Notes: generated by a model not told the origin, from the letters alone. A stretch of 48,538 nt of DNA from Christensenellales bacterium (GCA_048421225.1 DBFNRV010000056.1:1-48538); one strand, 5' to 3'; positions 35,392 through 46,080 are shown, counted from the stretch's first letter. Translations and numbers: made by a program.

Positions 35392-37737
35392 TTACTTTTT
35401 CAACACAACGGCAGTTACGCCGGCGTCGCCCTCGCCATACGCTCCCTGCCTGTAGCTATCGACAAGCCTGTGGGTGCGTAGATAGTTCTGAACGCCTGTC
35501 CTAAGCGCCCCCGTACCCTTTCCATGGATAATCGTTACCTCGTTTAACCCGTTCATAGCGGCGTTTTCAAGATAGCGGTCAACCTCAATAAGGGCCTCGT
35601 CAACCAGCATTCCCCTTACATCAAGGGTTAGGCCTACAGGCTGTTTTTCAAGCGTTATCTTTTGCTTGACCGTATCCTTCCTCTCGGGCTTTGCCATTCG
35701 AAGATCGCTCAGCTTGACGTTGAGCTTCATTATGCCCACCTGAACCTGAATTTCCCCCTTTGTATCGACTGAAAGCACGGTGCCCCGCTTATCAAGGCTT
35801 ACTATCAAAACATCGTCGCCCGGTTTAACCGATTTTGGCGGTTCGCCCAAGTCCTTGGGTTTGCTTTCCTCCACATCAAGCAGCTTGCCCTCCTGCCTGC
35901 GCATCTCATCCCTGCTATCCTGTATTATCCTGTCCGCTGCGCTTTGGTCGATGGCCTTTATCGACCGTATGTTGGCGATCAGCTTTTCCATCTCACGCCT
36001 TGTGTCCTGAACCAGCCGCTTCGCCTCCTCGCGCGCCTTTGCCTGATAGCCGCGTTTCGCGTCGTCGAGCTTTCTTCTCTCCTTCTCCGCCTCATCCCTC
36101 AGCGCGTCCAGCTCGGCCCGCGCCTGTTCGGCAAGCCTTCTCTCCTGCTCCGCTATCCTGCGCTGAGACTCGGCGCCCGATATTACATCTTCAAAGCGTA
36201 TATCCTCACTTTTGAGGAATTTCCTTGCCCTCTCAATTACAAATTCATCAAGCCCCAACCGCTTCGATATCTCAAAGGCGTTGGATTTTCCAGGTATGCC
36301 TATGAATAGTCTGTATGTCGGACAAAGCCTGTCTATATCAAACTCCATGGAGGCGTTTTCCATGCCCGCGCGCGCAAGGGCGAACGCCTTGATTTCGCTG
36401 TAGTGTGTGGTTGCAAGGGTTACAGTACCCCTTTCATGCAGCGATTCAAGAATGCTCATGGCCAACGCGGCGCCCTCAACAGGGTCGGTTCCCGCCCCCA
36501 GCTCGTCCAGCAGCGCCAGAGAACCGGAATCAGCATTGTTCAATATATCGACAAGCCTCGTCATATGGGATGAAAACGTTGAAAGCGACTGCTCTATCGA
36601 CTGCTCGTCTCCTATATCGGCGTATACATTGCTAAACACCGCAAGCTCTGTGCCCACATCGGCTGGAACGAACATCCCCGATTGGGCCATCAGCGTAAAC
36701 AGCCCTACGGTCTTGAGTGTAACGGTTTTTCCGCCGGTATTGGGCCCCGTTATAATTAGGGTCTTAAAGTCCCGCCCAAGCCATATATCTATTGGCACCG
36801 CAGTTTCCTTAGGCAGCAGCGGATGCCTTGCGCGCACTATCCTTATGCTCCCCTCGCCGTTCATCTCAGGCCGTACCGCCCTCATATCCCTGGCAAGCGC
36901 CGCCTTGGCGAACCTTAGGTCTATTTCCCCGATCAGGATGAGCGCCTCGTAGATATCGTTTCCATATGGGGCAACCATTGCCGTAAGCTCTGTTAAAATT
37001 CGTTCCACCTCATCCCGCTCCTCGGCCATGAGACGCTTATACGAATTTCCGAGTTCCACTACGGCTGACGGTTCGATAAAAAGGGTTTGGCCGCTTCCGG
37101 ACCTGTCATGCACAAGGCCCGGAATCTGCCGCTGGTTCTCCTGCTTTACAGGTATGACAAACCGTCCGTTGCGCATCGTAATGATAGGCTCCTGCAGATA
37201 TTTTTGGTATGTCGACGATCTGATCATGCTGTTTAGCTTTTCGCGAACGCGCTCATTTACCACCTTTATCTCCCGCCTAATCCTGGAAAGCGCGGGAGAA
37301 GCCCCATCAAACATTTCTTCCTCGTTGAGTATGCATCTCTTTATCTCGTCCTCAATGAACAGGTATGACGGCAGATTTACCGCCATCGCTTGCAGCCTGG
37401 GCTGCGCATCCTCCTTTGTCAGCGACGTTTTTGCTACGCGTATAGCTCTCAAGCATGAGGCTATGCACAGCAGCTCATGCATGGACAGGCACGCCACCGC
37501 GCGGATACGTTTAAGCGCGTCGCGCATATCCGGAAAATCGTCTATCGGCGAATGGCCAAGCTTATACAGCAGCGCCTCAGCCTCCGCCGTCAGCTCCAGT
37601 TCGCCGCGAATCTCGTTTTTATCGCTAGATGGACGCAGCTTTGCCGCGTTTTCCTTCCCCACGCAGCATTTGGCGTGCGCGCCCAGCATCGAGAGTATTT
37701 TGTCGTATTCCAGTGTTTCAAGCAATCTTTTATTCAT
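35392..37737 (-). CDS. mutS2: Endonuclease MutS2 (MutS domain + C-terminal Smr)
   Basis: It has the Walker A ITGPNTGGKT, DELGAGTDP, a long coiled-coil, and the C-terminal Smr LDVRGMLVDEAL...IIHGKGTGALR. Confidence 0.95.
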   Translation of the reverse strand: MNKRLLETLEYDKILSMLGAHAKCCVGKENAAKLRPSSDKNEIRGELELTAEAEALLYKLGHSPIDDFPDMRDALKRIRAVACLSMHELLCIASCLRAIRVAKTSLTKEDAQPRLQAMAVNLPSYLFIEDEIKRCILNEEEMFDGASPALSRIRREIKVVNERVREKLNSMIRSSTYQKYLQEPIITMRNGRFVIPVKQENQRQIPGLVHDRSGSGQTLFIEPSAVVELGNSYKRLMAEERDEVERILTELTAMVAPYGNDIYEALILIGEIDLRFAKAALARDMRAVRPEMNGEGSIRIVRARHPLLPKETAVPIDIWLGRDFKTLIITGPNTGGKTVTLKTVGLFTLMAQSGMFVPADVGTELAVFSNVYADIGDEQSIEQSLSTFSSHMTRLVDILNNADSGSLALLDELGAGTDPVEGAALAMSILESLHERGTVTLATTHYSEIKAFALARAGMENASMEFDIDRLCPTYRLFIGIPGKSNAFEISKRLGLDEFVIERARKFLKSEDIRFEDVISGAESQRRIAEQERRLAEQARAELDALRDEAEKERRKLDDAKRGYQAKAREEAKRLVQDTRREMEKLIANIRSIKAIDQSAADRIIQDSRDEMRRQEGKLLDVEESKPKDLGEPPKSVKPGDDVLIVSLDKRGTVLSVDTKGEIQVQVGIMKLNVKLSDLRMAKPERKDTVKQKITLEKQPVGLTLDVRGMLVDEALIEVDRYLENAAMNGLNEVTIIHGKGTGALRTGVQNYLRTHRLVDSYRQGAYGEGDAGVTAVVLKK

Positions 37738-37760
37738 TCCTGCCTCCTTGGCCGGTATGG

Positions 37761-39854
37761 TTAAAGTACATTTCTCTGCCAGTGTCCGCGTGTCGCTCCC
37801 TTCGGCGCTTCAATATTGCCGGTTTCCCCGTTGCGCGCCCTGGCAGCGTCGCTTATGATCTTTGATACAAGCCCCGGACTTTCATCATAAAATGAAAGGA
37901 CCCACGCGCCAACTCCCCTCAGTTCCGTCGCCCTGTCAATAATATATGTAGGGTTACAGTTCAGCATCCTTACGACGCAGCCCCCGCCCAAGGCTGTATT
38001 TATCAGCGGAAACCGCCTTCCGTCGCCGTCCGTAACCTCTCCCGCTATGCCGCCGCAGCCCAGGCAGCCCTTATGCTCCTTAACAGGGCAATGGGAAAGA
38101 TGCATGAGCACGGTTCTCCCATATACGAAAACCGCCGCCGGCATCCTTTTCAAAATATCGCGCAGCTGCGGCCTAGACAGCTCCTGAGAAAGCGTTGAGC
38201 GATCCACACCCATACTCTCCATCAATTTCAATGAGCTTATATTGAACAGGTTCATACCCGCGCCAGCCATACAAAAACCGCTTTTTTTGGCCATATCAAG
38301 CTGACCTAAGTTGTTTATCTCAATTCCATCGAGTTTTTTCGGATCAATAAGCCTCTCTATGCCGTTATAATCATTCTCATTCAGCGTCACCGCGGGCAGC
38401 GCCAGCAGGAGCTTCTTGCCCTTCTCCCTGATAAACTGCAGCTGCTCTATAGCTTGTATCCCATATTTAATGGGATCAATTATTATTTCATCGGCTCCGG
38501 CCTCATCCGCCGCTTCCGCCTGATCGGCATTAATTATTCTGGCGGCGATCTTAGGCGGCAAATCATACATGTTCACCCCGTCATATTCGGGGATGGATAT
38601 TTCCGGCGCCTTTCTTTTTAGGCAAAGCGGCTTTTTCAGCAGTTCGCAAGCCTCCCGCCTCATCGCATTTATTTCAGACGCGGGCATAAAGGCGCTGTCG
38701 TCCATGTCAACTGCAATGGATTCGGCATAAAACGGCGTATCCCCTAGCCTGTCCAGCCGCTGGATGTAAGCCTCACGCTTTTTGGGATTAATGGCGGTCT
38801 GAACGGGGTTCCCAGTCACATTCACCGACGCTTTAGCCCCAGCGGCAACTATAAGGCCCGCCGGCATGCCTATGCGCATTGACAACCGCATGGACACTCC
38901 AGTCCTTCTCCGCTCTCCCGAATAGGTGGATTTTACTCTTTTAAGCAATGCATTCCCAGGCTCAGCGGCGTTTTTGGCTCCGGTTATAACACCGTCGCCG
39001 TAATAATAGCCTGTGGTATGCCCCCTGCTGAATATTCCCTCAACGTCTTTTAAAAGATCGATTAATCCCTCTTTTGTGGTCCCGTCAATAGCGGCCCTGT
39101 ACGCCCGTGTTACGGACGCCACATACTCCGGTCGCTTCATCCTGCCCTCCAGCTTTATGCAGCGCGCTCCCGCTTCAATTAGATCCTTAACCCGCATAAG
39201 CATGCATAGGTCCGCGGGGCTGAGACAGCAATCGGTTTGACGCGGATATCCCGCAACCGACGCCGGTTTTCGGCAGGGCTGTGCGCACATGCCCCTGTTG
39301 CCGCTACGCTCTCCAGCCATCGAGGAATAGAGGCAGCCCCCTGAAAAGCTCATGCAAAGCGCTCCATGGGCAAAGGCCTCTATCTCCACTCCCGTTTCCG
39401 CATTGCTGAGCCCGCGCAGCCCATCCAGGCTCACTTCCCGTGAGATTACCGCCCGCCGCAATCCCAGCCTGCGGCACGCCCTAAGCCCGCCTTCAGTATG
39501 CACGCCCATCTGCGTGCTCGCATGAAGCTCCAACTCCGGAATACGCCTACTAAGCTCTGATATCAGGCCCATGTCCTGTACAATCAGAGCATCCGCGCCG
39601 GTCCGGTATAAAAACTCGGCATATCTCAAAGCGCTTGCCATCTCGCGGTCAAACACCAGCGTATTCATCGTGACATATGCGCGCGCGCTCCTGATATGGC
39701 AGTAATCTATGGCGCGTTCCAATTCGGCGTCGTCGAAATTTTTTGCGTTCCTTCTAGCATTAAACATGGTCCCGCCCATGTAAACGGAATCCGCGCCGTT
39801 TTGAACGGCGGCAACCATGCTTTCATAACTCCCGGCGGGCGACAGCAGCTCCAT
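37761..39854 (-). CDS. U32 family peptidase
   Basis: The N-terminus MELLSPAGSYESMVAAVQNGADSVYMGG, and E..AHGALCMSFSGGCLYS, are U32 signatures. Confidence 0.9.
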   Translation of the reverse strand: MELLSPAGSYESMVAAVQNGADSVYMGGTMFNARRNAKNFDDAELERAIDYCHIRSARAYVTMNTLVFDREMASALRYAEFLYRTGADALIVQDMGLISELSRRIPELELHASTQMGVHTEGGLRACRRLGLRRAVISREVSLDGLRGLSNAETGVEIEAFAHGALCMSFSGGCLYSSMAGERSGNRGMCAQPCRKPASVAGYPRQTDCCLSPADLCMLMRVKDLIEAGARCIKLEGRMKRPEYVASVTRAYRAAIDGTTKEGLIDLLKDVEGIFSRGHTTGYYYGDGVITGAKNAAEPGNALLKRVKSTYSGERRRTGVSMRLSMRIGMPAGLIVAAGAKASVNVTGNPVQTAINPKKREAYIQRLDRLGDTPFYAESIAVDMDDSAFMPASEINAMRREACELLKKPLCLKRKAPEISIPEYDGVNMYDLPPKIAARIINADQAEAADEAGADEIIIDPIKYGIQAIEQLQFIREKGKKLLLALPAVTLNENDYNGIERLIDPKKLDGIEINNLGQLDMAKKSGFCMAGAGMNLFNISSLKLMESMGVDRSTLSQELSRPQLRDILKRMPAAVFVYGRTVLMHLSHCPVKEHKGCLGCGGIAGEVTDGDGRRFPLINTALGGGCVVRMLNCNPTYIIDRATELRGVGAWVLSFYDESPGLVSKIISDAARARNGETGNIEAPKGATRGHWQRNVL

Positions 39855-39859
39855 TGTTC

Positions 39860-40801
39860 TTATCCTTCCGAGTCCTCGTTGTCCGGAAGCGTAAAAAGCC
39901 CATGCCTTTCAATCATGCTCTTAAGCTCCCCGCTTTCCATCATGTCATATATCATCATGTCGGCAATCTGTACGAGCGCCGGAGAATCCGTGCTGCTTGC
40001 GATTGCGTAGTTTACCGTTCCAAGCGTCGTACCCTGCATGTTCAGGCCGTGTTCTTCCCTGTACCTTATATAGTGGGCTCCCGTAAGGGATATCCCCTCA
40101 ACAACTCCTTTGTCAAGGGCTTCGAGCATATCCGGATACGATGCAAAAGCGCTTATGGAAATCCCCCTATCGCGATTAGCCTCGGTATATGCTTTAAGGG
40201 CCGTTTCGCCCGGCGTTCCCTTTACATAGCCAATGGACATGCCGTCGATTGACCGGCCTTCCTCTCCTGCCTTTACCGCAACCCAAACCGGATCAACATA
40301 GTAGGTCCCCGAATAGACGCAGCTTGAATATCCATCCTTGCGCATCATGCAAATTGCCACGTCGATTGAACCGTCGTCCAGCTTGGCCGTAACCGTTTTG
40401 GCCGTTACCGGAACCAGCTCAAGGGCGGAGGCCAAATCCCAATCCGGCAATATATACGATACGAGCCTGTTGGCCAGTTCGACCTCAAGTCCCTCCCCAT
40501 CAAAGCCCAGGCCGGGCATATCGGTACGCACCCCCACCCTTAATACGCCCCGATTTTCAATAGACTTTATCTCCGCGGATTCAAGAAGCATGGGCTCGGG
40601 GTTGAAAACCAAAACGGCCAGCGCTATCGCCGCCAAAACCACAGCGCACCCGACAACGATTTTTGCGCGCCGTTTGCCCTTATCCCCTTTAAAAAAATAC
40701 GGTATGCGCCGTTTCAACATCATGAATGTAAACCTCATAGGCAGGGCAAACGCGTATATTTCAAAGTCGCGTTTTGCCCCTATAACCATGAATTTTCCCA
40801 A
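39860..40801 (-). CDS. Membrane-anchored solute-binding protein (SBP_bac_3-like)
   Basis: One TM helix is followed by LRVGVRTDMPGLGF...DVAICMM.....Y, typical of type 3 amino-acid-binding SBPs. The start codon is uncertain (several in-frame Met). Confidence 0.65.
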   Translation of the reverse strand: MGKFMVIGAKRDFEIYAFALPMRFTFMMLKRRIPYFFKGDKGKRRAKIVVGCAVVLAAIALAVLVFNPEPMLLESAEIKSIENRGVLRVGVRTDMPGLGFDGEGLEVELANRLVSYILPDWDLASALELVPVTAKTVTAKLDDGSIDVAICMMRKDGYSSCVYSGTYYVDPVWVAVKAGEEGRSIDGMSIGYVKGTPGETALKAYTEANRDRGISISAFASYPDMLEALDKGVVEGISLTGAHYIRYREEHGLNMQGTTLGTVNYAIASSTDSPALVQIADMMIYDMMESGELKSMIERHGLFTLPDNEDSEG

Positions 40802-40898
40802 TGCTTCATTATATCAGCAGCATGGCGCATTGACAAGGCGCACAGCGCTAAGGTATAATTTTTCGGATTGACAGATATATAAAGAGGTATTGTACGAC

Positions 40899-42692
40899 AT
40901 GAAAAAGCTAACGTCCAATGAGCTGCGAGAGCTTTATCTCGAGTTTTTCCGGCAAAAGGGGCATACCATTATCCCCTCATCGTCGCTTATACCGGAGAAT
41001 GACCCCTCCGTTTTGTTTACTACGGCCGGCATGCATCCGCTGGTGCCATATCTTCTAGGCGAGAAACACCCTGCGGGAACCAGGCTGGCAGACGTTCAAA
41101 AATGTATTAGAACGGGAGATATCGACGAGGTTGGCGATACATCGCACCTCACGTTCTTTGAAATGCTAGGAAACTGGTCGCTTGGCGAGTATTTCAAGCA
41201 TGACGCCATAGCGTGGTCCTGGGAATTCCTCACAGATGAAAAGTGGCTGGGAATCGACAGGGACAAACTCTATTTCACATGCTTCAGAGGCGATGGAAAC
41301 GCACCGCGGGATACCGAGGCGTATGACCGTTGGATCGACATGGGCGTGGATCCTTCCCATATATTCTATCTGGATAAAAAGCATAACTGGTGGGGGCCGG
41401 CCGGCGTAACCGGACCATGCGGGCCGGATACCGAGATGTTTTATGACACGGGAAAGCCCCCCTGCTCAGCGGAATGCGACCCGTCGTGTTCCTGCGGCAA
41501 GTACCTTGAGATATGGAATAATGTGTTCATGCAGTACAATAAAACCGCGGACGGCGCCTTCGAGCCGCTTGACAAGAAAAACGTGGATACTGGCATGGGC
41601 CTTGAACGCGTAGTATGCGTTCTTCAGGGAGTAAGCAGCGTGTACGATACCGATTTGTTTTCGGAAATTATTAAGCGCATATCCGAAATAAGCGGCGCTG
41701 TTTACGGAGAATCAGAGCAAACCACGAGAGCGTTCAGAATCGTTGCCGATCATGTACGCTCCGCGGCGTTTATGATAGGCGATCAGCGCGGGGTGTCCCC
41801 TTCAAACGTAGACCAGGGCTATATACTTCGCAGGCTTATCAGACGGGCGCTTAGGTTTGCGATGAAGCTTGGCATGCCGGACAGGTCGCTGTCCATGGTA
41901 GCGGAAGCCGTCGTAGAAAAGTTCGGCGAGCTTTATCCTGAGTTAGCCGCCAATCGTCAGCGTATAATCAGCGAACTCGATACGGAAGAGGAGCGCTTTA
42001 AGCGCACGCTGAGCAACGGTATGCGTGAATTTGACCGCATTAAGGACAGGTTTGCCAACGGGGTTATAGATGGAAAGAGCGCTTTCAGGCTATACGATAC
42101 GTTCGGATTCCCGATTGAGTTCACACAGGAGATGGCGCGTGAGAACGGCCTTTTAGTTGATACTGAAGGGTTCAACGCTGCCTTCGAGGAACATCAGAAA
42201 AAGTCGCAGGCGGGAGCGGAACAGCGCTTTAAAGGCGGTCTCGCCGACGCCTCCGAACAGACTGCCAGGCTGCACACGGCTACGCATCTTTTGCAGGCGG
42301 CGCTGAGAAAGGTGCTTGATGAAAGCGTATCGCAAAAGGGCTCCAACATCACCGCGGAACGCCTCAGGTTCGATTTCTCATTCCCGCGCAAGGTAACGCG
42401 CGAGGAATTGAATGCTATAGAGGCGCTGGTTAACGAATACATCCAGGCGGACTATCCAATAGCGTGTGAGGAGATGAGCGTGGACGAGGCGAAGGCCCAA
42501 GGGGCGATCGGCCTGTTTGAAAGCAAGTATGACGCCAGGGTAAAGGTATATACCATGGGCGACGCCAGCAAGGAAATCTGCGGCGGCCCCCATGCGTCTA
42601 GGACAGGGGAACTCGGACGTTTCAAGATAAGCAAGGAGGAGGCCTCAAGCGCCGGGGTCAGGCGGATTAAGGCCGTACTTGTCGAAGGTTAA
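40899..42692 (+). CDS. alaS: Alanine--tRNA ligase, short form lacking the C-Ala domain
   Basis: The AlaRS catalytic core is present: FFRQKGHTIIPSSSLIP.NDPSVLFTTAGM, FFEMLGNWSLGEYFK and EIWNNVFMQYN. The editing-site metal motifs HTATHLL and CGGPH are also present. The protein ends about 25 aa after the editing core, at 597 aa. Confidence 0.85.
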   Translation: MKKLTSNELRELYLEFFRQKGHTIIPSSSLIPENDPSVLFTTAGMHPLVPYLLGEKHPAGTRLADVQKCIRTGDIDEVGDTSHLTFFEMLGNWSLGEYFKHDAIAWSWEFLTDEKWLGIDRDKLYFTCFRGDGNAPRDTEAYDRWIDMGVDPSHIFYLDKKHNWWGPAGVTGPCGPDTEMFYDTGKPPCSAECDPSCSCGKYLEIWNNVFMQYNKTADGAFEPLDKKNVDTGMGLERVVCVLQGVSSVYDTDLFSEIIKRISEISGAVYGESEQTTRAFRIVADHVRSAAFMIGDQRGVSPSNVDQGYILRRLIRRALRFAMKLGMPDRSLSMVAEAVVEKFGELYPELAANRQRIISELDTEEERFKRTLSNGMREFDRIKDRFANGVIDGKSAFRLYDTFGFPIEFTQEMARENGLLVDTEGFNAAFEEHQKKSQAGAEQRFKGGLADASEQTARLHTATHLLQAALRKVLDESVSQKGSNITAERLRFDFSFPRKVTREELNAIEALVNEYIQADYPIACEEMSVDEAKAQGAIGLFESKYDARVKVYTMGDASKEICGGPHASRTGELGRFKISKEEASSAGVRRIKAVLVEG

Positions 42693-42763
42693 GGGCGAAC
42701 GGGCCGTTTATTAAGCGTTAGCGTTTAAAGCAGCGGCCCGTCATTATTCGTTTGGAGGCTTTT

Positions 42764-43504
42764 ATGAATCTTCCGTGTTCATGGCTTGAGTATGACTGGC
42801 AAATCGAGCGCCAGGCCGCAGTGTTTGGAGTGGATACAGGATTATATAGGGACGCCCCGACGCCTGCTCGGGGAATTTTGTTTTATGTCCACTGCATGCC
42901 CTCGGATAAAAAACATCCTGAGATGAATGAGAGATTGATAAAGCGAAGCGATTCCGCTGTACGGCGTAAGGTTGAGCAGCTTTCGTTTACGCTTGCGGGG
43001 ATGATAAGAACCGCCGATCAGCTTCAATACTATTATTATGGCTCGTCGCTGGAACAGCTGGACATTCTTGAATCGTGCATAGGAACCGAAAAAAAGCTTA
43101 TAATACGCTGCGGAGGGCAGCCCGAGCCTCAATGGCAGACCTATTTTAAGCTTTTATACCCTGACAGGGCTAAACTTCAAACCATTGAAAACAGAAAAAC
43201 CATTGCGCTGCTTAAAAAGCACGGGGACAGCATAGCGCCTGCCAGAAGGATAAACCTTCACGTGTTTTTCCCTACGGAACCTCTGCGCATTGCCTTTGAG
43301 GAGCATGCGCGCCTGGTTGGCTTTGCCGTAGGTAATGCGGAATTTGATGATGAAAGCGAACTGCCCTACGGCGTAGTGCTGCATAAAATCTCATCCCTTG
43401 ACAAGCGGGATATAGACGCATTGACCACCAGAGCGATACATACCGCGGAAAAATATAGCGGAGCGCTTGTTTATTGGGACTGCGCCATAGCGGCCAGGAT
43501 GTGA
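42764..43504 (+). CDS. DUF695 / RraB-like two-domain protein
   Basis: The N-terminal half (W..Y...I..QAAVFGVD.GL) resembles DUF695. The C-terminal half (IENRKTIALLKKHGDSIAPARRINLHVFF...GFAV) resembles the RraB regulator-of-RNase-E family. ATG 42764 lies 5 nt after GGAGG. Confidence 0.55.
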   Translation: MNLPCSWLEYDWQIERQAAVFGVDTGLYRDAPTPARGILFYVHCMPSDKKHPEMNERLIKRSDSAVRRKVEQLSFTLAGMIRTADQLQYYYYGSSLEQLDILESCIGTEKKLIIRCGGQPEPQWQTYFKLLYPDRAKLQTIENRKTIALLKKHGDSIAPARRINLHVFFPTEPLRIAFEEHARLVGFAVGNAEFDDESELPYGVVLHKISSLDKRDIDALTTRAIHTAEKYSGALVYWDCAIAARM

Positions 43505-43663
43505 AAACGGCCCGAAGTATCAGGCCGAGGTTATCCAATAAAAAGTTAATATATGTTGCCGATTGTTCTATTCGGCCTTTAAGTCCCGTAGCGTTTAGCG
43601 CTTTTACAGTATAGCCTTAGAGAAAACCATGCTTAAAGAGGTTACCTTAAGGATTGGAAAGCT

Positions 43664-44389
43664 CTATACGGCCAGCAACCCAGGATTATGTCTGCCCACA
43701 TAATCTAAAGCCGCCTTAAATATCAACTCCTGCCCCTTCTCATTGGGATGTATGCCGTCGTTGCAGATATAATCGCGGTAATTCGGTGTGCACAACAGGG
43801 CGTATCGTATGTTTATAAGCGCTGTAGACGTAATTTCCGCCACATATTCAAGCGCCGAATTGTATCTTTCGTGCCACCAGTATATGCGGCCAACCTGGCC
43901 AAGCCACTTAAGGACGCTTTTCCCCATCTCAACGCTTCCTTTCGTAAAAAACCTGAAGTAGCGGTCAGCGTCTATTGGCGGCAGGTTTATAAGAACCGGT
44001 TTTACGCCAAGCCCCCGCACGCTGGCCACTATCCCCTGCAACGTTTCGATGTATGCATGAAGCGGCGTTTTGGGCTGATGGTCAAAGTCCGGACGCATAG
44101 CTATCTTTTCCCAGTCAAAATCGCTGTCATTGCCGCCCACCTCTATCGCTACTATATCCGGCCTCGCTTCGCCCCGTGCGAATATCTTATTAAATCTTTC
44201 ATTGAGCGCCTCTTTTAATTCGGACACGCTCCAGCCAAGCTTAGCAATCTGCTCAACCTCTACGTTAAGCGCGCTCCTTATCCCCTCTCCAAAGCCATCC
44301 CTGTTGACACGCACATAACGCCCCCTGTCCGAGTCAAAGATTATACCTTTGGCTATAGAATCTCCAGCCAGTATCAGCCTATCTTTCAT
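43664..44389 (-). CDS. SGNH/GDSL hydrolase family protein
   Basis: Block I is LILAGDSIAKG, block III is VGGNDS, and block V is DGIHPN. ATG 44389 lies 9 nt after GGAGG. Confidence 0.8.
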   Translation of the reverse strand: MKDRLILAGDSIAKGIIFDSDRGRYVRVNRDGFGEGIRSALNVEVEQIAKLGWSVSELKEALNERFNKIFARGEARPDIVAIEVGGNDSDFDWEKIAMRPDFDHQPKTPLHAYIETLQGIVASVRGLGVKPVLINLPPIDADRYFRFFTKGSVEMGKSVLKWLGQVGRIYWWHERYNSALEYVAEITSTALINIRYALLCTPNYRDYICNDGIHPNEKGQELIFKAALDYVGRHNPGLLAV

Positions 44390-44457
44390 AGATACCAACC
44401 TCCAATATTATATAATGTGCTTTGCATCATAATTTAATATTTCCATATTAAGGGCCG

Positions 44458-45030
44458 TCAATCCAGCTCGCCGAGAATAAGCCCAATAAGCGTTTCACCC
44501 GAAAGCCCGCCTACGCCCAGATTGTTCTGCAATATAAAACCGTCGATCATTGCCAGGAAGGTCTGCGAAAGCTTCCTTAGCCTTTCAGAAGCGGGAGACG
44601 CCAGTTTTAGCGAACCAACCTCTATCATTACGGTCCACTCCCTGTATTTTGCCGCCAGTTTTTTTTGCAGCGAGGTATTTCCCAGCATGGCTTCAAGGCA
44701 TAGCGCCATATGCAGCTTGTAAATGTTCTCATCCTCAGTAAATGCTTCAAATATAACTGTCAGAGCGTCCTTTGGCTCCGTGTCCCTGTCCAAAGTCTCT
44801 ATCCAAACAAAGATCATATCGGTTATGCGGCCAAAGTGATAGTCCGATATGTCGCTTATAAGATGATCCTTTGACGGATAATAATAATATAAAGTTCCTT
44901 TGCTCAGTTTCGCGTCCTTAGCAATATCGGCCAGGCTTGCCTCGTGGACGCCCCTGCTGGTAAAAAGCTTTGCGGCGGTTTCAAGTATCGCCGCCCTCAC
45001 GCTTTCAAATTCGCCATGCTGCTTGGCCAT
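44458..45030 (-). CDS. TetR/AcrR family transcriptional regulator
   Basis: The N-terminal HTH is FTSRGVHEASLADIAKDAKLSKGTLYYYYPSKDHL. Confidence 0.85.
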   Translation of the reverse strand: MAKQHGEFESVRAAILETAAKLFTSRGVHEASLADIAKDAKLSKGTLYYYYPSKDHLISDISDYHFGRITDMIFVWIETLDRDTEPKDALTVIFEAFTEDENIYKLHMALCLEAMLGNTSLQKKLAAKYREWTVMIEVGSLKLASPASERLRKLSQTFLAMIDGFILQNNLGVGGLSGETLIGLILGELD

Positions 45031-45172
45031 ATGTACCTCCGGATAAAGCCGCTATCCAATTATCGGTCGTTCAGCCGATAATATTAGTATAAGACCGCCG
45101 CTCTCAAATAGCAAGCGTGTCATTGTGAACTATTCGTGTATTGATGTTTTGATTTATAATAGCCCCGAGCGT

Positions 45173-45682
45173 TTAGAGACGTCCCGGGTTTATAATCGTT
45201 ACGGCCAGCCCGCGCTTACGGGCATAATCCAGCGTATATCTTGTCCCTCCCGCTCCACCGCCGTATATAGCGATCAGATGCGTTGAAACATCCACCATAT
45301 ATCTGTTGCGCTGGTGCATACAGCCAGATGTATATTCCTTGCCTATTAACACAACGTCGTCGGCGGCATCAAGGATTGAAAAGTAACGGTTTTTATAGCT
45401 GGCGTCCCACCTTGACGCCTGTCCGGCATATGGTATCACGGCAATCAGCTTAATATTAAGTTCCGGTCTGCGTGTTCTATATTCGGCCACCGCCTCGGCG
45501 CACCATATATCCGCGCCCTGCGCCATACCGCTTATAAAACTCCTTACACCCAATTCAATATGCCTTTCAATTTCAATATAAATCCTGTCCTTGATCGATT
45601 TGCACAGTCGGCTTTCTTCATCATATCCAAACGGCATTCCTTTAGGCCTGTGCCCTGTAAAACAACAAGTAAAATAATCCAT
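45173..45682 (-). CDS. SLOG family protein (DUF1273/YpsA-like)
   Basis: CCFTGHRP, ISGMAQGADIWCAE, RN..MVD and GGT.YT..YA blocks match the DUF1273 pattern. Confidence 0.75.
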   Translation of the reverse strand: MDYFTCCFTGHRPKGMPFGYDEESRLCKSIKDRIYIEIERHIELGVRSFISGMAQGADIWCAEAVAEYRTRRPELNIKLIAVIPYAGQASRWDASYKNRYFSILDAADDVVLIGKEYTSGCMHQRNRYMVDVSTHLIAIYGGGAGGTRYTLDYARKRGLAVTIINPGRL

Positions 45683-45864
45683 AAAAAACTCCCGGCTCTG
45701 ATATTTTTATAAATTGCGGTGTTAAAAAAACGTGAAGTTATCATCCAAAAACTAATCTTTGCAATAAAACGGCTGTTTTATTTTATGTTATCATTTAAGC
45801 TAAATCGAATCAAGAATAAAAAATAGTTATCTTTCCAGCCGGTTGAGGTACTCTTTTTAACCAC

Positions 45865-45893
45865 AAACGCGCATGGTCACTGGGTTTTTGATG
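45865..45893. repeat. 29-nt repeat copy 1
   Basis: AAACGCGCATGGTCACTGGGTTTTTGATG matches 47117-47145 in 25 of 29 positions, in direct orientation. Patchy similarity extends into the flanks. Confidence 0.5.
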
Positions 45894-46080
45894 GAATGAC
45901 CCATGTATAAAATTAAAAAATGGCGCCTGAATTGGCGTCCAAATAAAAATGGCGATTTACAAGAACCGCTAAAATGTTATGCGGCTATATTTGACAGATA
46001 CGCGATGAAATAATAGAATTAAAGTATGATCGTCTTAGGTGGATAAGGGCATTTAGTAAGCTGAAATTTTGAGGTGAAGA

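Noticed and set aside
35780-37865. Many long plus-strand ORFs (up to 276 aa) overlapping mutS2.
   Set aside because: They are antisense shadows of a gene with unmistakable MutS2/Smr motifs. Their products are Ser/Ala/Pro/Arg-rich low-complexity strings without RBSs.
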